From Octopus sinensis (taxonomy: Eukaryota): 64,000 bases of DNA. Below, in pieces: positions 23,520 to 37,420 of the stretch. A model generated the notes under the pieces. It worked only from the letters and a program-made list of their open reading frames with translations. It was not told the DNA's origin and made no database searches. Location: NCBI RefSeq assembly GCF_006345805.1, contig NC_043023.1, forward strand, positions 20,584,001-20,648,000. Direction: 5' to 3'. How positions within the stretch are numbered: the stretch's first letter is position 1; each line of letters opens with the position of its first letter. A program made the translations under genes and the position numbers.

Positions 23520-24742
23520 ATGTAACATCGCTTTGGTTCCGGGATTGATAGTGAATGCAGTGCAAGAGAGAGGGTGAGAGGGTTGAAGGAGAAAGGATAG
23601 AGAGAAGGTAGTATGAAAGAGGGAGGAAAGAAAGAACGGGGGAGGAGGGAAACTGAAAGGGAGAAAGTCTGAATGAGAGAGAAATGGGGAGGAGGATTCG
23701 TTTCAAAAAGGGAGGTGAGAGAGACGCGACGCGTGAATGAGAGAAAGGTAGGAGTGAAAAAATAGTCCTTGGAGTAGTTGATAATAACACTACTGTTGTG
23801 GAAGGAAATGAATTAATTCTGATTGTGTTCCGAGGAAACCCACAGTATAATATAATAAAACCGTTCCAGGCATGACTATCCCGTCTTTTAAAAATTTTTT
23901 AATGGGAGTTACAGTGTTGGGCAATGAAGGAGGAAGGCGTAAGGATTTTTGAAGAGGGGGAGTATAAGGTCGACGCAGCGATAAGATGAAACGCTACGAG
24001 ACTAGTCGAGATCTCGTCCAGAACGAATGAGAACAAGAGACACACCGAGAAAGAGAGAGTGTGAGGAGAGTGGGAGAATGAGTGAGAGGGATGTAATAAC
24101 ATATAGAGAGTGAATGAGAGTAATCTATATTTATATAGAGAGTGAATTACCACGAGACCGTGAGAGAGTAAAGGAGAGAGATATAGATAGATGAAGGGGA
24201 GGTGATATAGAAAACAAGAGGGTTAGATGTAGATAGGCAGTGAGTGACATAGAGAGGGATGGTTGATGCGATGTAAATATCTTTAGAGAGAGGAGGAGAT
24301 ATAGATAGACAGATAGTAATAGACAGAGGGACGTTCGACGAGATGCAGATAGCTTTAGAGAGAGGAGGAGATATAGATAGACAGCTAGTGAAAGACAGAG
24401 GGACGTTCGACGAGATGCAGATAGCTTTAGAGAGAGGAGGAGATATAGATAGACAGATAGTGATAGATAGAGGGACGGTCGAAGAGTTGTAAATAGCTTT
24501 ATAGAGAGGAGGAAAAATAGATAGAGAGATAGTGATTGAGAGAGGGATATTTGTAGATAATGATATACAAAGGGAGGGAGTGAAGGAGAGGAGAGAGAAG
24601 CGAGAGTCAGAGAAAGTATCGTGCATGGAGTCGTGTTTACAGAATTGGTTGAAGAACAGTTGAAGGTCCGATTCGATCTGTCGGTCAGGCTTTTTTTTTG
24701 GATTTTGTGTCAAACAATTTGGATGGCAATTGTTGCGGAGAC
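23520..24742 (+). promoter_or_regulatory. probable KDM5 promoter / 5' leader, GA-rich with retained CpGs
   Basis: Purine-rich unique sequence with many GAGA runs and CpGs directly upstream of the ATG; TSS not determinable. Confidence 0.5.
24215..24560 (+). repeat. 72-bp GA-rich minisatellite, about 4-4.5 units
   Basis: ctttagagagaggaggagat-type unit recurs at 24281, 24353, 24425 and 24497. Confidence 0.9.
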
Positions 24743-24752
24743 ATGGCTCTAA
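24723..24752 (+). promoter_or_regulatory. u[12 protein letters not shown] overlapping the KDM5 start out of frame
   Basis: ATG at 24723, 20 nt upstream of the main ATG; stop TAA 24750-24752 lies inside the KDM5 CDS. Confidence 0.55.
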
Positions 24753-24901
24753 TAGATAACCCATACATTAACTTCGTATCGCCTCCGGATGCTCCAGTAT
24801 TTAGTCCGACAGACGATGAGTTCGCCGACCCTCTCGCCTACATTGCAAAGATCAAACCCATTGCTGAGAAGACCGGAATATGTAAAATAAAGCCACCCCC
24901 G
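24743..24901 (+). CDS. KDM5: KDM5/lid (JARID1) lysine demethylase, coding exon 1 (JmjN domain)
   Basis: gacATGG start; translation [53 protein letters not shown] matches the KDM5-type JmjN motif (PVF.P...[21 protein letters not shown]); phase-0 donor GTTAGT at 24902. Confidence 0.93.
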
Positions 24902-25169
24902 GTTAGTTTGTTGTCATTTTCATTGCCTTTTTTCCATCGATAGCAGCTCCGTTCTTCATGTTTTATCCAAATATTTTTTCAGTTTCTTCAATTTTCATGT
25001 TTTTTAAGCCATGCAACGGCAGCGGTCGTCGACTTTCATCTCCTGTCTCGCCCCATTAATGTCTCGCCTCGACCTGTCCCACTTTCCCCCCATTAATGTC
25101 TCGCCTCGACCTGTCCCACTTTCCCCCCTCGCCATCGTTTATCTTGTCTTCTTTTCACTACACACGATC

Positions 25170-25191
25170 CTATCATACACATACACACACG

Positions 25192-25237
<46 letters not shown>

Positions 25238-25398
25238 CACACACACACACATATATATATACACACATAAACACACGTAGATCTCTGTCTTCCATGTTCA
25301 CCTCATTTTGTCCCATTTATCCTCTGACTTATACACACATCTCTCTCTCTTTATATATATATGTATATATGTGTGTATATATATATATATATACACAC

Positions 25399-25443
<45 letters not shown>

Positions 25444-25516
25444 CACAACACATAAACATACGTAGATCTATCTTGTTCACCTTATTTTGTCCCATTTATC
25501 CTCTGACTTATACACA

Positions 25517-25568
<52 letters not shown>

Positions 25569-25785
25569 CACGCATCTATGTATATATAATACGGTGGTGG
25601 TGGTGGTTGGGGTATGGTTGCCCCCTCCCCCCATCATCTACCATGTGTAGAACTCAATACATGTGTCAAAATGTGTTTCACAGATATTTTGGAGCCCTTA
25701 CACCGACTCGAACCCTCGTACCTCATGTGTGTATGTGTTCGTTTCTATATACACACATACACCCATATAACGTGTCCATGTGTAT

Positions 25786-25831
<46 letters not shown>

Positions 25832-26448
25832 GTATGTATATATATATATGCACTTGCTCCAAAACAACAAAATCTGTCTCCAGGTCTGTCTGTCTTTCTA
25901 TATTCGTAGGTGTAGGATATGTGTGTATATAGGTGTGTATATATATATATATATATATAGACGGTATATATAAAATACAGCTTATATGTATATATCTAAT
26001 ATATTCACACACAAACCCAAACATAATATACAACCAAATGTGTGTATATATATATATATATATATACACACCACTCTATACACCCAGCCCCCAATAAACA
26101 CTCGTTTCCTCAGTTGTATATATATATATATATATACACATATATATACGTGTGTATATATATATATACATATATATACGTGTGTATATATATATATACA
26201 CACACATATATGTGTATATATATATATATATTCATATACAGATATATATACATATATATACACATAAATGTATACATATATACACATAAATATTTACATA
26301 TATACACACGTATATATATATTTACATATATATATACACATCCGTATATATATATATATACCCCCCTCCTTTCTCTGTATTCCTTTCACCTCCCCCACTA
26401 TATATATATATACACACCGTTTCCTCTCCTGTTTATATGTTGCTGTAT

Positions 26449-26482
<34 letters not shown>

Positions 26483-27779
26483 CGTAGGTATTCACTCACA
26501 CACGAACATGCTATTCGGTGTGTGTATATACACCATATACACCGTATATACACCGTATATACACACATCGTTGTCCTACTCCCGTTTCGACGACGACAAA
26601 CAACAAATCTTTTTTTTTTTTTTTGAATTCGTTTCCTCGACATTAGTCAAACATGGCGACGCTTTTGTTTGCCATCGATGTTGAGTGTGTGTGTGCGTGC
26701 GTGCGTGTATGTTGCGTATATACGCGTGTATACGCGTATGTACACACGTATGCGTGCGCGTGGTGTGTTCAGATGGGATTGTGTGTGTGCGAGATGGCAG
26801 TGAATGTGTGTGAGTATATATATATAGGTAGATAGATTGTGATTTGTGTAGAGGGGTGGTGTGTGTGTGTGTGTATATATATATATAGTGTGTGTGCGCG
26901 TGTATATGTTTAGATGGTATTGTGTGAGAAAGTACAGTGTGTATATATATAGGTAGATTGATTGTGATTTGTGTAGAGGTGTGGTGTGTATGTTATATAT
27001 ATATATATATATATGTTTATAGATATGTGTATACGTGAGGAGGTACTCTATGTCTATATATATATATAGATATATGTGTGTGTGTATATATATATAAATA
27101 TATATAATATATATAGTGATTTGTGTAGAGTGGTGGTGTGTATATATACGTATTTATATTTGAGTATATATAAAGATTCGTCTCTAGTTTTGTTTATATA
27201 GCAGTGTAATCTATATTCTTTGGCATGTATGTCGTGTGTGTGTATATATATACACACAGACATACCGTAGCTAGATTGTGATCTGTTTATATGTTATTGG
27301 CATCGATGCTGTGTGTATGTATGTATTTTTGTGTATATATAGTGTGTGTGTGTGTATGTTATGTATGTATTTTTGTGTATATATATATAGTGTGTGTGTG
27401 TATGTATATTATGTATGTATTTTTGTGTATATATATATATATATAGTGTGTGTGTGTATGTTATGTATGTATTTTTGTGTATATATATATATATATAGTG
27501 TGTGTGTGTATGTTATGTATGTATTTTTGTGTCGAGGATCGTATATGCCTTATGTCGAAAGATACAAATAATATACACACGTGTGTGTATGTATGTACGA
27601 AGTGGTGTATATGTGTCTATTACACCGTGTATATATTCTCTACCCCAGGAGGGCCATAACTGGCTATCCTTGTGATCAAAGTATTGTTTTCGTTTATGTT
27701 ACTTATATATATATATATATATATATAAAATATGTATGTATATATATAAGAAAGTTTGTGTATATATATATACACATAC

Positions 27780-27817
<38 letters not shown>

Positions 27818-28077
27818 CTGAGGGGTATTGGCTTATATCTAGCGACTCATACGCTCTCGTGATGTGTGTGTGTATACTGGTCTATATACTTGCATGAGGG
27901 TAGTTTATATATACATTTATATAGCTTTGTTGTGTTTATGCGCGTATAAAGTTTTTTCTATAGTCGTGTGTACATACATACAAACTTATATATATATACA
28001 CACACGTGATCATGAGTGTATACTCATACATGTGAAGTGTATATATATACATATGTATATATGTATATCTATATATG

Positions 28078-28114
<37 letters not shown>

Positions 28115-28270
28115 GTATATATATGTATAATATGTATTATATATATGTATATATATATATGTATATATATATTTGTATATATATGTATATATAATATGTA
28201 TATATATATATGTATATATATGTATATATATGTATGTATATAATTATGTAATATTATGTTATGTTATATA

Positions 28271-28302
<32 letters not shown>

Positions 28303-28318
28303 GTATTTATATTTGTAT

Positions 28319-28365
<47 letters not shown>

Positions 28366-28390
28366 GTAATGTATATATATGTATAATATG

Positions 28391-28421
<31 letters not shown>

Positions 28422-28670
28422 GTATATATATGTATATATGTATATATATGTATATATATGTATATATATGTATGTATAATATGTATATATATGTATGTAA
28501 TATATATGTATATATATGTATGTATGTATGTATATATTATGTATGTATATGTATGTTATATATGTATGTATATATATGTATATATATGTATGTATATATA
28601 TGTATATAATATGTATATATATGTATATAATATGTATAATATTATGTATATATATGTATGTATATATATG

Positions 28671-28721
<51 letters not shown>

Positions 28722-29260
28722 GTATATATATATATGTGAAGTGTATATATAAAAGAGTAAAAGAAAGTATATATATATATGGTTGGGTTTTGTAAGCTGA
28801 GTGATATCCAGTGTATATATAATGTATGTGTAACAATTACAAATATACGTGTATATTATATATTTATGTAGATTATATTGTAAATTTATGCATCTTGTTT
28901 ATATACATAATATATTATGTATATAATATATACATAATATATATATAAATATATATACGAGTGTATATTTTGTGCATATGGCGTATTTGTCCATATTAAT
29001 TCATATTGTATATATATATAGGGTCTATTATGTACAACGCATGCATGGTTGTATATATAGATGTATAAATACATATACACCATATATCCATGGTGTGTAT
29101 AATGTGTGTGTGTTGTATAATGCTGTAGTGCCACAAGGGTATGGATTTAACGATTCGGTATATATACATATTCGGTATTGATTGATTCTAGTTTCAGCTC
29201 ACGAGCTGTGGCCATGCTGGGGCACCGATATATATATGTGTATATTATATATATATATAT
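25170..29260. repeat. compound (TA)n/(CA)n/(TATG)n microsatellite field
   Basis: Direct reading; densest at 27960-28760. Confidence 0.92.
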
Positions 29261-29630
29261 ATATGTGTATATATATATATATACACACACAACCGTGCGT
29301 GTGTGGTAGAATTGTTACACTGGGTAGAATAATTTGTATCGTTTAGCTGTGTTATTTGATGCTTGTTCGAGTTCAGTTGTGATCGATTTTCGTTATTCCT
29401 CTGGGATGGGTGGTGTACAAACTATGCTCTGAGTTCGATATAATCGATTAAAAACTAATCAACGCGTGGTTCTGTGTCCTATATCTGGTATTGTTATAAG
29501 GGGGAAATGCAGTGTGGCTGTATAAATGGACAGGTAGGTGACGTGGAGTGCGGCTGTAGGTTGTTGTGGAGTGTGGCTGTGTTAGGAGGAGTTTGGTGAG
29601 TGTGGCTGGAGGAGTTTGTAGATGTGGTTC

Positions 29631-30003
29631 GTGGACTGGTAGATGAGTTTTGTGAGAGTGGAGTGTGGTCGTGGACTGGTAGATGAGTTTTGTGAGAGTG
29701 GAGTGTGGTTGTGGACTGGTAGATGAGTTTTGTGAGAGTGGAGTGTGGTCGTGGACTGGTAGATGAGTTTTGTGAGAGTGGAGTGTGGCTGTGGACTGGT
29801 AGATGAGTCCAGTGGGAGTGGAGTGTAGTTGTGAACTGGTAGATGAGTCTAGTGGGAGTAGAGTGTGGTCGTGGACTGGCAGATGAGTCTAGTGAGAGTG
29901 GAGTGTGGTCGTGAACTGGTAGATGAGTCTAGTGAGAGTGGAGTGTGGTTGTGGACTGGCAGATGAGTCTAGTGAGAGTGGAGTGTGGTTGTGGACTGGT
30001 AGA
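29631..30003 (+). repeat. 40-bp minisatellite, 9 full units plus a partial
   Basis: GTGGACTGGTAGATGAGTTTTGTGAGAGTGGAGTGTGGTC at 40-bp period. Confidence 0.95.
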
Positions 30004-31548
30004 TGGTTCGAGTGAGTGTGTGGCTGGTATATTTTTATTTTCGTTTGATACTTCTCACCTTGGTTCACCGTTTTTTATTGTTCGACTCAGATCAACAATG
30101 ACTTGAACAAACTTTATAAATCAGAGACATTCCAGCTTTATTTCGTCTTGGTGTATCTTGGAGTACCCTGGCCCTATGTGCTCTTTTTACTTATTAATAA
30201 TAGTTTGTAGTTTGAGAAAGATTCAGCTGTGTTGTCCAAGTGTGACCACCTGGTTCAATATTTTATTGACCGTATCAGCCCCCTTTTTTTTTTTTAGATT
30301 TGGCACCTTTTTTTTGCAGGGTCTAGTGAGCCTTTCTCACTGCTGGGGAGGGGGTGAGTTCGTCTTCATTAAAGACCCCTTTTAATTATGTATTGTATAA
30401 AACCAAGAGCTACATTAGTCGAAGTGCCTTCATAGGAGGTCAAATGACCACGAACTGAAGGAACCCCTTGTTGGTGATATGTCGCAGTGAGGGTGAGACC
30501 TACGTGGTGAAGTGTTCCAATCGTGGCCATCCTGTCTTTCTCCTATGTGCAGGGAACCCAGTCCAGTGAGCTTGTGATTTTTTGGGGGAGAGATTTTAGC
30601 TGCTATTTCCGGAAAGTCGAACACTTGCGTAGAGGGCGTTGTTGTTGAATCGTAGGTCAGCACCGGTTGAACGAACCTATGTTGAATCACTTTCCATTCG
30701 TGGCCATCCCCGATCAATTTGTCTAGGGTTATATTTTTCGACGCTTCCTTCATTTTAAGGGCTTAGGTTGCTATTTCTAGTACTAGTGTGGACTGGCTGA
30801 AGAGGCGGTTGTAGGAATCGATCGTTTGATGTTTAGCCATCGGGACAAACTGCTTTAAATAAATGTTTAACACCCTAAGAATGATTTGAAGCGGTGGGGG
30901 TATTTTTGGCTGCTATTTCTGCCGTCTCCTGTAACCACTTTGAGCTCCCAAATGTTTTAACAGTTCATCCTGTCTATTTTTAGGGCTCTTATGTATGACT
31001 TTATTACTTAGGGGTCTCTCTGAAGACCGTAAGGAAGTGATTTGAGGGAGAATCGACTGCTGGTTTTAGCTTGCTGATCCGTCATTTAGCTGCTATTTCA
31101 GACACTGAGCGACCGTGTGGAGGTTGCCTATTGCCTTGTTAGCAATTGTGGTGGTGGGTATAATGTAGCTATCCTTAGTGCTATTTAATATAATATATAC
31201 ACCTTCTCTATACAGTAGCAGTAGCAATGGCAGGGGCTGCTTTTTAAGCCCCTTAATGTAGCTTTTATTTCTTTTCACGTTGGGTCCTTAGAATGTTTTG
31301 ACCAGTATCAATCATATAGGCTGCCATTTAATTTACCTCGTGTACGTGTGTGTCTATATATACATATATACACACATGTATATATGCATATGTCATATGT
31401 ATGTAAATTCATAATTTCTTTGGGAAAAAGGAAAAAAAATCTGTAATTATTTTTGGAAAAGTTTTATGTAACTATTTGAAAATAATCGTATTTTCGTGTG
31501 TACATATGTCTATATAAAGTAATATAACGGCGGCTTGTGTGTAATATG

Positions 31549-31609
<61 letters not shown>

Positions 31610-31672
31610 ACACGAGTTGGCATTATTTTTCAAAGGTTAATTTATATCATTATACCTAAATACAAATCCTAC

Positions 31673-31715
<43 letters not shown>

Positions 31716-31836
31716 CATACATATAGAGGCCTTTTAATGTACTTATATGTATAACATGTAGTCTAATGACTAATTTGTATTTTGTGCTAGATCACTGGTA
31801 ATAATAATTTATTTTTATTACCCTATTTACTATATA

Positions 31837-31874
<38 letters not shown>

Positions 31875-32031
31875 TATACATATATATATATATATGTATA
31901 TATATGTATGTATATATATAATTAAATTTTGGGTTTTTTACTGAGATTTTTCTTGAACACATTCTTCTTGGTAATGGCGATTTGACGTCTATGTTTAGCA
32001 TATAGGCTGTCCACTTTAGTGGTCAGTCCTC

Positions 32032-32075
<44 letters not shown>

Positions 32076-32919
32076 ATATAATGTTTATAAAGTGTATTTC
32101 ATTAAATATACACATGTTCATTGAATTTTAAGTGGCTGAGGGCACCTTACTATTTACATGTGAATCTATTTGTCCACCTTGTGTATTTTATCTCCTCCCC
32201 ACCCAATCGAAATCTTATGGCAGGAAGTGGCCACAGTGGTTAACGTCCTGCTGAGTAGGCTGTCATGATGTCTTGGCTGTCCTGAGTTCAATTCATGTTG
32301 GCTTTTTTTATTGTCTTTTTGTTTTTGGAGTTCGTTAGAATAATTTAACCTGTTGTTGTTTTCCTCCCGGCTGGTCTTAATCAAATGCGTTCCACCCATG
32401 ACCGTCTTGTCTGTCAGCACAGTGTATATTTAAGATTGCATTGTCCAGTATATAGCTGTTTGGGTTTACAAGTGTTCCGACATTGACACAGTATATCTGG
32501 GGCTACATAACTCAAGGTGGTAGGATGTAATTTGAGAGACTTTTTTTTATTCTTTCACTTGTTACAGTCTTTGGGCTGCGGCTCCACCTTGGAGAATTTT
32601 TTTGTCGACCCCCAATACTTATTTTCTTGTTATAAGCCTGGTATTTGTTCTATCGGTCGCTAAGTTATGGGGCCGTAAACACACCAACGCCGGTTGCCAA
32701 GCGGTGGTGAGAGGGACACACAGATACACACACACATATAATATATACATTATATAAATATATATATATATATATATTAGAAGAAATGAGGTAATCAGAA
32801 GATCGGATGATATATATATATATATATAGATATATATATATATATATACACCGGAGGTGTAAAATATAAATGTGAAACAAGGTGGAAAAAAGAGTACTCA
32901 AATACAGGGGTGGGAGTAA

Positions 32920-33006
32920 TATACTTTATTAAAAGCAGCAGAAATTCAACAAAACCTGAAGCTCCGAGTTTCAGGTTTTGTTGAATTTCTGCTGCTTTTA
33001 AATAAA

Positions 33007-33008
<2 letters not shown>
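32920..33008. repeat. short foldback, homologous to about 42072-42150
   Basis: ATACTTTATTAAAAGCAGCAGAAATTCAACAAAACCTGAA / reverse complement. Confidence 0.85.
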
Positions 33009-33041
<33 letters not shown>

Positions 33042-33280
33042 ATAAGAAAATGGAGAAATACATCCAAATCAAATATCAATTACCAGGTAATACCCAATCA
33101 CATACTTATTAAACCACCACATAAGAAACTTTAAGGTCAAACATAATAATATAGAACAAAACAGTGTACAAAAAGGAGTAATGACCTTAAAGTTTCTCAT
33201 GTGGTGGTTTAATAAAGTATGTGATTGGGTATTACCTGGTAATTGATATTTGATTTGGATGTATTTCTCCATTTTCTTAT
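33042..33280. repeat. foldback, arms about 98 bp, spacer 42 nt
   Basis: 33042-33139 pairs with 33182-33280. Confidence 0.88.
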
Positions 33281-33469
33281 TTTGTATTAGTAATTTGTGG
33301 TAAAACATTTTACCTTTGCCCATATAATACAGTAAATGAATTAACTGCATCGCAATCCTTAACATTTATGTATTAACTTTGTTGGGTGCTTCGCTTGCAG
33401 TAGATTGGATATATGTTATCCCATGGAGGGTTGCATTTACAACCCCTATCTCAATTTGTATATATACTC

Positions 33470-33690
33470 TTTACTCTTTACCCTTTTACTTGTTTCAGTC
33501 ATTTGACTGCGGCCATGCTGGAGCACCGCCTTTAGTCGAGCAAATCGACCCCGGGACTTATTCTTTGTAAGCCCAGTACTTATTCCATCGGTCTCTTTTT
33601 GCCGAACCGCTAAGTGACGGGGACGTAAACACACCAGCATCGGTTGTCAAGTAATACTAGGGGGACAAACACAGACACACAAACATATAC
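33470..33690 (-). mobile_element. SINE family B, tail half
   Basis: Tail consensus only. Confidence 0.8.
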
Positions 33691-33919
33691 ACACACATAC
33701 ATACTATTGATATATTCATAAAATGTATTCCCATATTGTAATGGAACATGTAACACAGAATTAAAATGGTACAACACATCCCAGTCTTATATATATATAT
33801 ATATATATATATATTATCAATTATAATAAAGGGTAAAATTAATTAATTAACTAGTAATTAATAATTCCACCAAGTAGTATTCGGCATGTTAAAAGGACTA
33901 TTTTTCGGTAAACTTAAAC

Positions 33920-34065
33920 AATATTTTATAATTATGAGTATAATTATAATTAGGGTTCAGCAAAAATTTGCTTAACCACATACTGAACTTTAGAAATAGC
34001 AGCCAAAGTTCTGTATGTGGTTAAGCAAATGTTTGCTGAACCCTAATTATAATTATAAAATATTA
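33920..34065. repeat. foldback, arms about 55 bp
   Basis: TAATTAGGGTTCAGCAAA...GAACTTT / AAAGTTC...TTTGCTGAACCCTAATTA. Confidence 0.85.
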
Positions 34066-34099
34066 TATATATGACACGCAAATTCGTGAAGCGTTCCAT

Positions 34100-34560
34100 A
34101 TTTTTTAAAATGGCAGTGCCCCAGCATGGGCGCAGCCTCAAGGTTGAAACATAAAAGCATAAAAGAATATATATGCATGCACACACGACAAGCTTCTTTC
34201 GGTTTCTGTCTACAAAATCCACTCTCAAGGTGTCATGCGGTGGGACTGAACCCAGAACCATTTGGTTGGGAGGCAAACTATTTACCACACAGCCACTCCT
34301 GCAGCTTGATGACCCCAGTAAACTAAATTTGTGGCTGTGTGGTAAGAAGTCTGCTTCCCAACCACATGGTTCCGGGTTCAGTCCCACTGTGGTATCTTGG
34401 GCAAGTGTCTTCTACTATAACCCTGGACTAATGACTTGACGAGTGGATTTGGCAGATGGAAACTGAAAGAAGCCCTTCATGTATACGTGAGTGTGTATGT
34501 TTGTCCCTCACCACCTCTTGACAACCATTGTTGGTGTATTGGCATCCCTGTAACTTAGTG
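34100..34560. mobile_element. two diverged SINE family B copies head-to-head
   Basis: Minus copy about 34100-34300, plus copy about 34325-34560. Confidence 0.72.
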
Positions 34561-35139
34561 GTCGGACAAAGGGAACTGGTGTAATTTTTGTTATTTAGCC
34601 CTTGGTCATTCGTGATCCCTATTACAGTCATATCTAATCCTTTTTAAAAGCACCCAACGATTAATCTTTTTCAGACAATTGTATCATTCATTGGACAGTG
34701 GTCATGTTGGGACAAATCCTTGATTGAGACCGATACTTAATTTATCAATCTCTCTTGTTGAACTGCTATGTTACTGGAATTTAAGCCATCGCTGGTTGTC
34801 AGTTGAGATAGAAAGGGACAGACACACATAGTTCACACACACACACATATATATGTGCATACACTCACACATACACAATGGGCTTTGTTTCATTCTACCA
34901 AATCCACTCACATGGCTTGGGTTGGGGCTATGATAGAAGGTACCTGTCCAAGCTGCTGTGCAGTGGGACTGATCCTGGCACCATGTGGTTGGGAAGCAAG
35001 CATGCCACCTATAACTTGATACATCTCACATGATAACAACTCTCTACCTGAATGGCCCATGATATCACAAAACTTGACAGATTTCTCTCTGGTAATGTCC
35101 TGGACCAGTCTTTTACCAAAATATATTCTTTTTCTTTTT

Positions 35140-35525
35140 CTCTTTTTACTTGTTTCAGTCATTTGACTGTGGCCATGCTGGAGCACCGCCTGTAATCGAG
35201 CAACTCGACCCCGGGACTTATTCTTTTGTAAGCCCAGTACTTATTCTATCGTTCTCTTTTGCCGAACCGCTAAGTAACGGGGACATAAACACACCAGCAT
35301 CGATTGTCAAGCAATGCTAGGGGAACAAACAAAGACACACAAACACACACGCATATATATATATACAACAGGCTTCTTTCAGTTTCGTCTACCAAATCCA
35401 CTCACAATGCTTTGGTCGGCCCGAGGCTATAGAAGAAGACACTTGCCCAAGGTGCCACGCAGTGGGACTGAACCCGGAACCATGTGGTTGGTAGACAAGC
35501 TACTTACCACACAGCCACTCCTGTG
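35140..35525 (-). mobile_element. SINE family B
   Basis: Full consensus. Confidence 0.88.
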
Positions 35526-36619
35526 CCTATCTTAAGTTTATTGTTGTTGTTATTATTATTATTATGTAAATTATGCTGTTCCTTGTTCAAATTATACAGT
35601 TGCTTAAGACACGCAGTGCTGATGAGGTCTGATAACAGTGAAACATGCAGGCAGCTATCCCCTGGGACCCTCAAAGAAAAGATTTCCTCTTCAAATTAAA
35701 TTTAAATATAAAATTTAATTCTTTGAAATTATCTCCCTTTGTTCTTTGAGACTTGCTAACAGATGTCACTGACCTGGAATTTTTGAACTCTTGCCATTGG
35801 TCTACTTGAGTTACTTCCCTTGGATCACTATTTGTGATTATTCTATTTATCAATAATGTTGCTTAAACACACATGCACAATCTTACACAGTTTTTATAAT
35901 TTTCAAAATATATTTATACACCTCTTTGTACCTGAGTATATATATATATATATACATACATACACATATATATATATATTAATCCCTTGTCATATCGCAG
36001 TTTATTATTTTTTACATTGATTCCTCCGTGGTGTTGTTTTACATTTATAATAAAATAAATATATACAAATCATAAAAATAAATTCAGTGACTGGCAGCTG
36101 TGCTAGTGGAGTGCTAAGAGCACCATCCGAGTGTGATCGTTGCTAGAACAATTTACTGGTTTCCGTGCCGGTGGCACCTAAGTGTGATCGTTACCAGTGT
36201 CGCCTTACTGGCATGTGAAAAAACATTCGAGCGAGGTCGTTGCCAGTGCCGCTGGACTGGCTCCAGTGCAGGTGGCACATAAAAACACCTTTTGAGTGTG
36301 GTCGTTGCCAGTACCACCTGACTGGCCCTCGTGCCGGTGGCACGTAAAAGCACCCACTACACTCTCGGATTGGTTGGCGTACGGAAGGGCATCCAGCTGT
36401 AGAAACTCTGCCAGATCATGATTGAAGCCTGGTGCAGCCATCTGGTTCGCCAGCTCTCAGTCAAATCGTCTAACCCATGCCAGCATGGAGAGCGGACGTT
36501 AAACGATGATGATGAATTAAAAAAAAACTACTGTATCTACTTTACAGATTTTCACCTATCATAGAGTGTTTTGGAACATAACACTTGTAATAGTCGGGCA
36601 ATTACTGTATATATATAAA

Positions 36620-36958
36620 AGGGTAAAGACCCCCTTCGGTCATGAATGACCATGGGATTGCACCTAGAAAGTTACCCTCCTAGACACAAGTCCGGGCGAG
36701 GTTGTTTGTGGAAGACCAGCAGTCGCCCATGCATACCGGCCTCCCCTCTCCACGTCACCGATGTTGTCCAAGGGAAAGGCAAAGGGGCCGATACAGCTTG
36801 GCACCTGTGACGTCGCAACTCATTTCTACAGCTGAGTGAACTGGAGCAACGTGAAATAAAGTGCCTTGCTCAAGAACACAACATGCAGCCCGGTCTGGGA
36901 TTCGAGCTCACAACCTCACGATCGTAAGCTCGACGCTCTAACCACTGAGCCATCCGCC
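36620..36958 (-). mobile_element. SINE family F (tRNA head, TTGAGCAAGGCACTT central domain)
   Basis: Head GGCGGATGGCTCAGTGGTTAGAGCG...GAGCTCGAATCCC. Confidence 0.8.
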
Positions 36959-36999
<41 letters not shown>

Positions 37000-37420
37000 T
37001 AATATAAATACTGTTGTGTTTTGGGAGAGTCATTTTCTTTTTGTGCCTTATTATGTAACACACTTTTTTCTTAAAAGTACCATCCGTTCGTGGACGTTTG
37101 CCAGCTCCGTCTGGCACCTGTGCGGGTGGCACGTAAAAAGCACCCACTACACTCACGGAGTGGTTGGCGTTAGGAAGGGCATCCAGCCGTAGAAACACTG
37201 CCAGATCAGACTGGGCCTGATGCAACCTTCTGGCTTCACAGACCCCAGTTGAACCGTCCAACCCATGCTAGCATGGAAAGCGGACGCTAAATGATGATGA
37301 TGATGATTGTCCTAAAATTTTCGTTGTGTCTTGCAACGAAAAAGAAAATGACTCCCCAGACACAACAGAACATACTTCAACACATGAACTCATATAAAGA
37401 ACCTTGCAAACCTAAAATGA

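Noticed and set aside
26649-26690. AAACATGGCG start (MATLLFAIDVE) as an alternative exon
   Set aside because: Runs into microsatellite with no good donor; may only be a YY1-like motif
25096-28836. Many YI/CV/HT-rich ORFs (also 42300-45500)
   Set aside because: Translations of TA/CA microsatellites
30430-30753. 107-aa minus-strand ORF as a nested gene
   Set aside because: No recognisable domain; contains a repeat motif (CGTGGCCATCC) also present near 43490
35620-35665. CTGATGAGGTC...GAAACATG hammerhead
   Set aside because: Core present but stems I and II do not pair; at most a decayed copy
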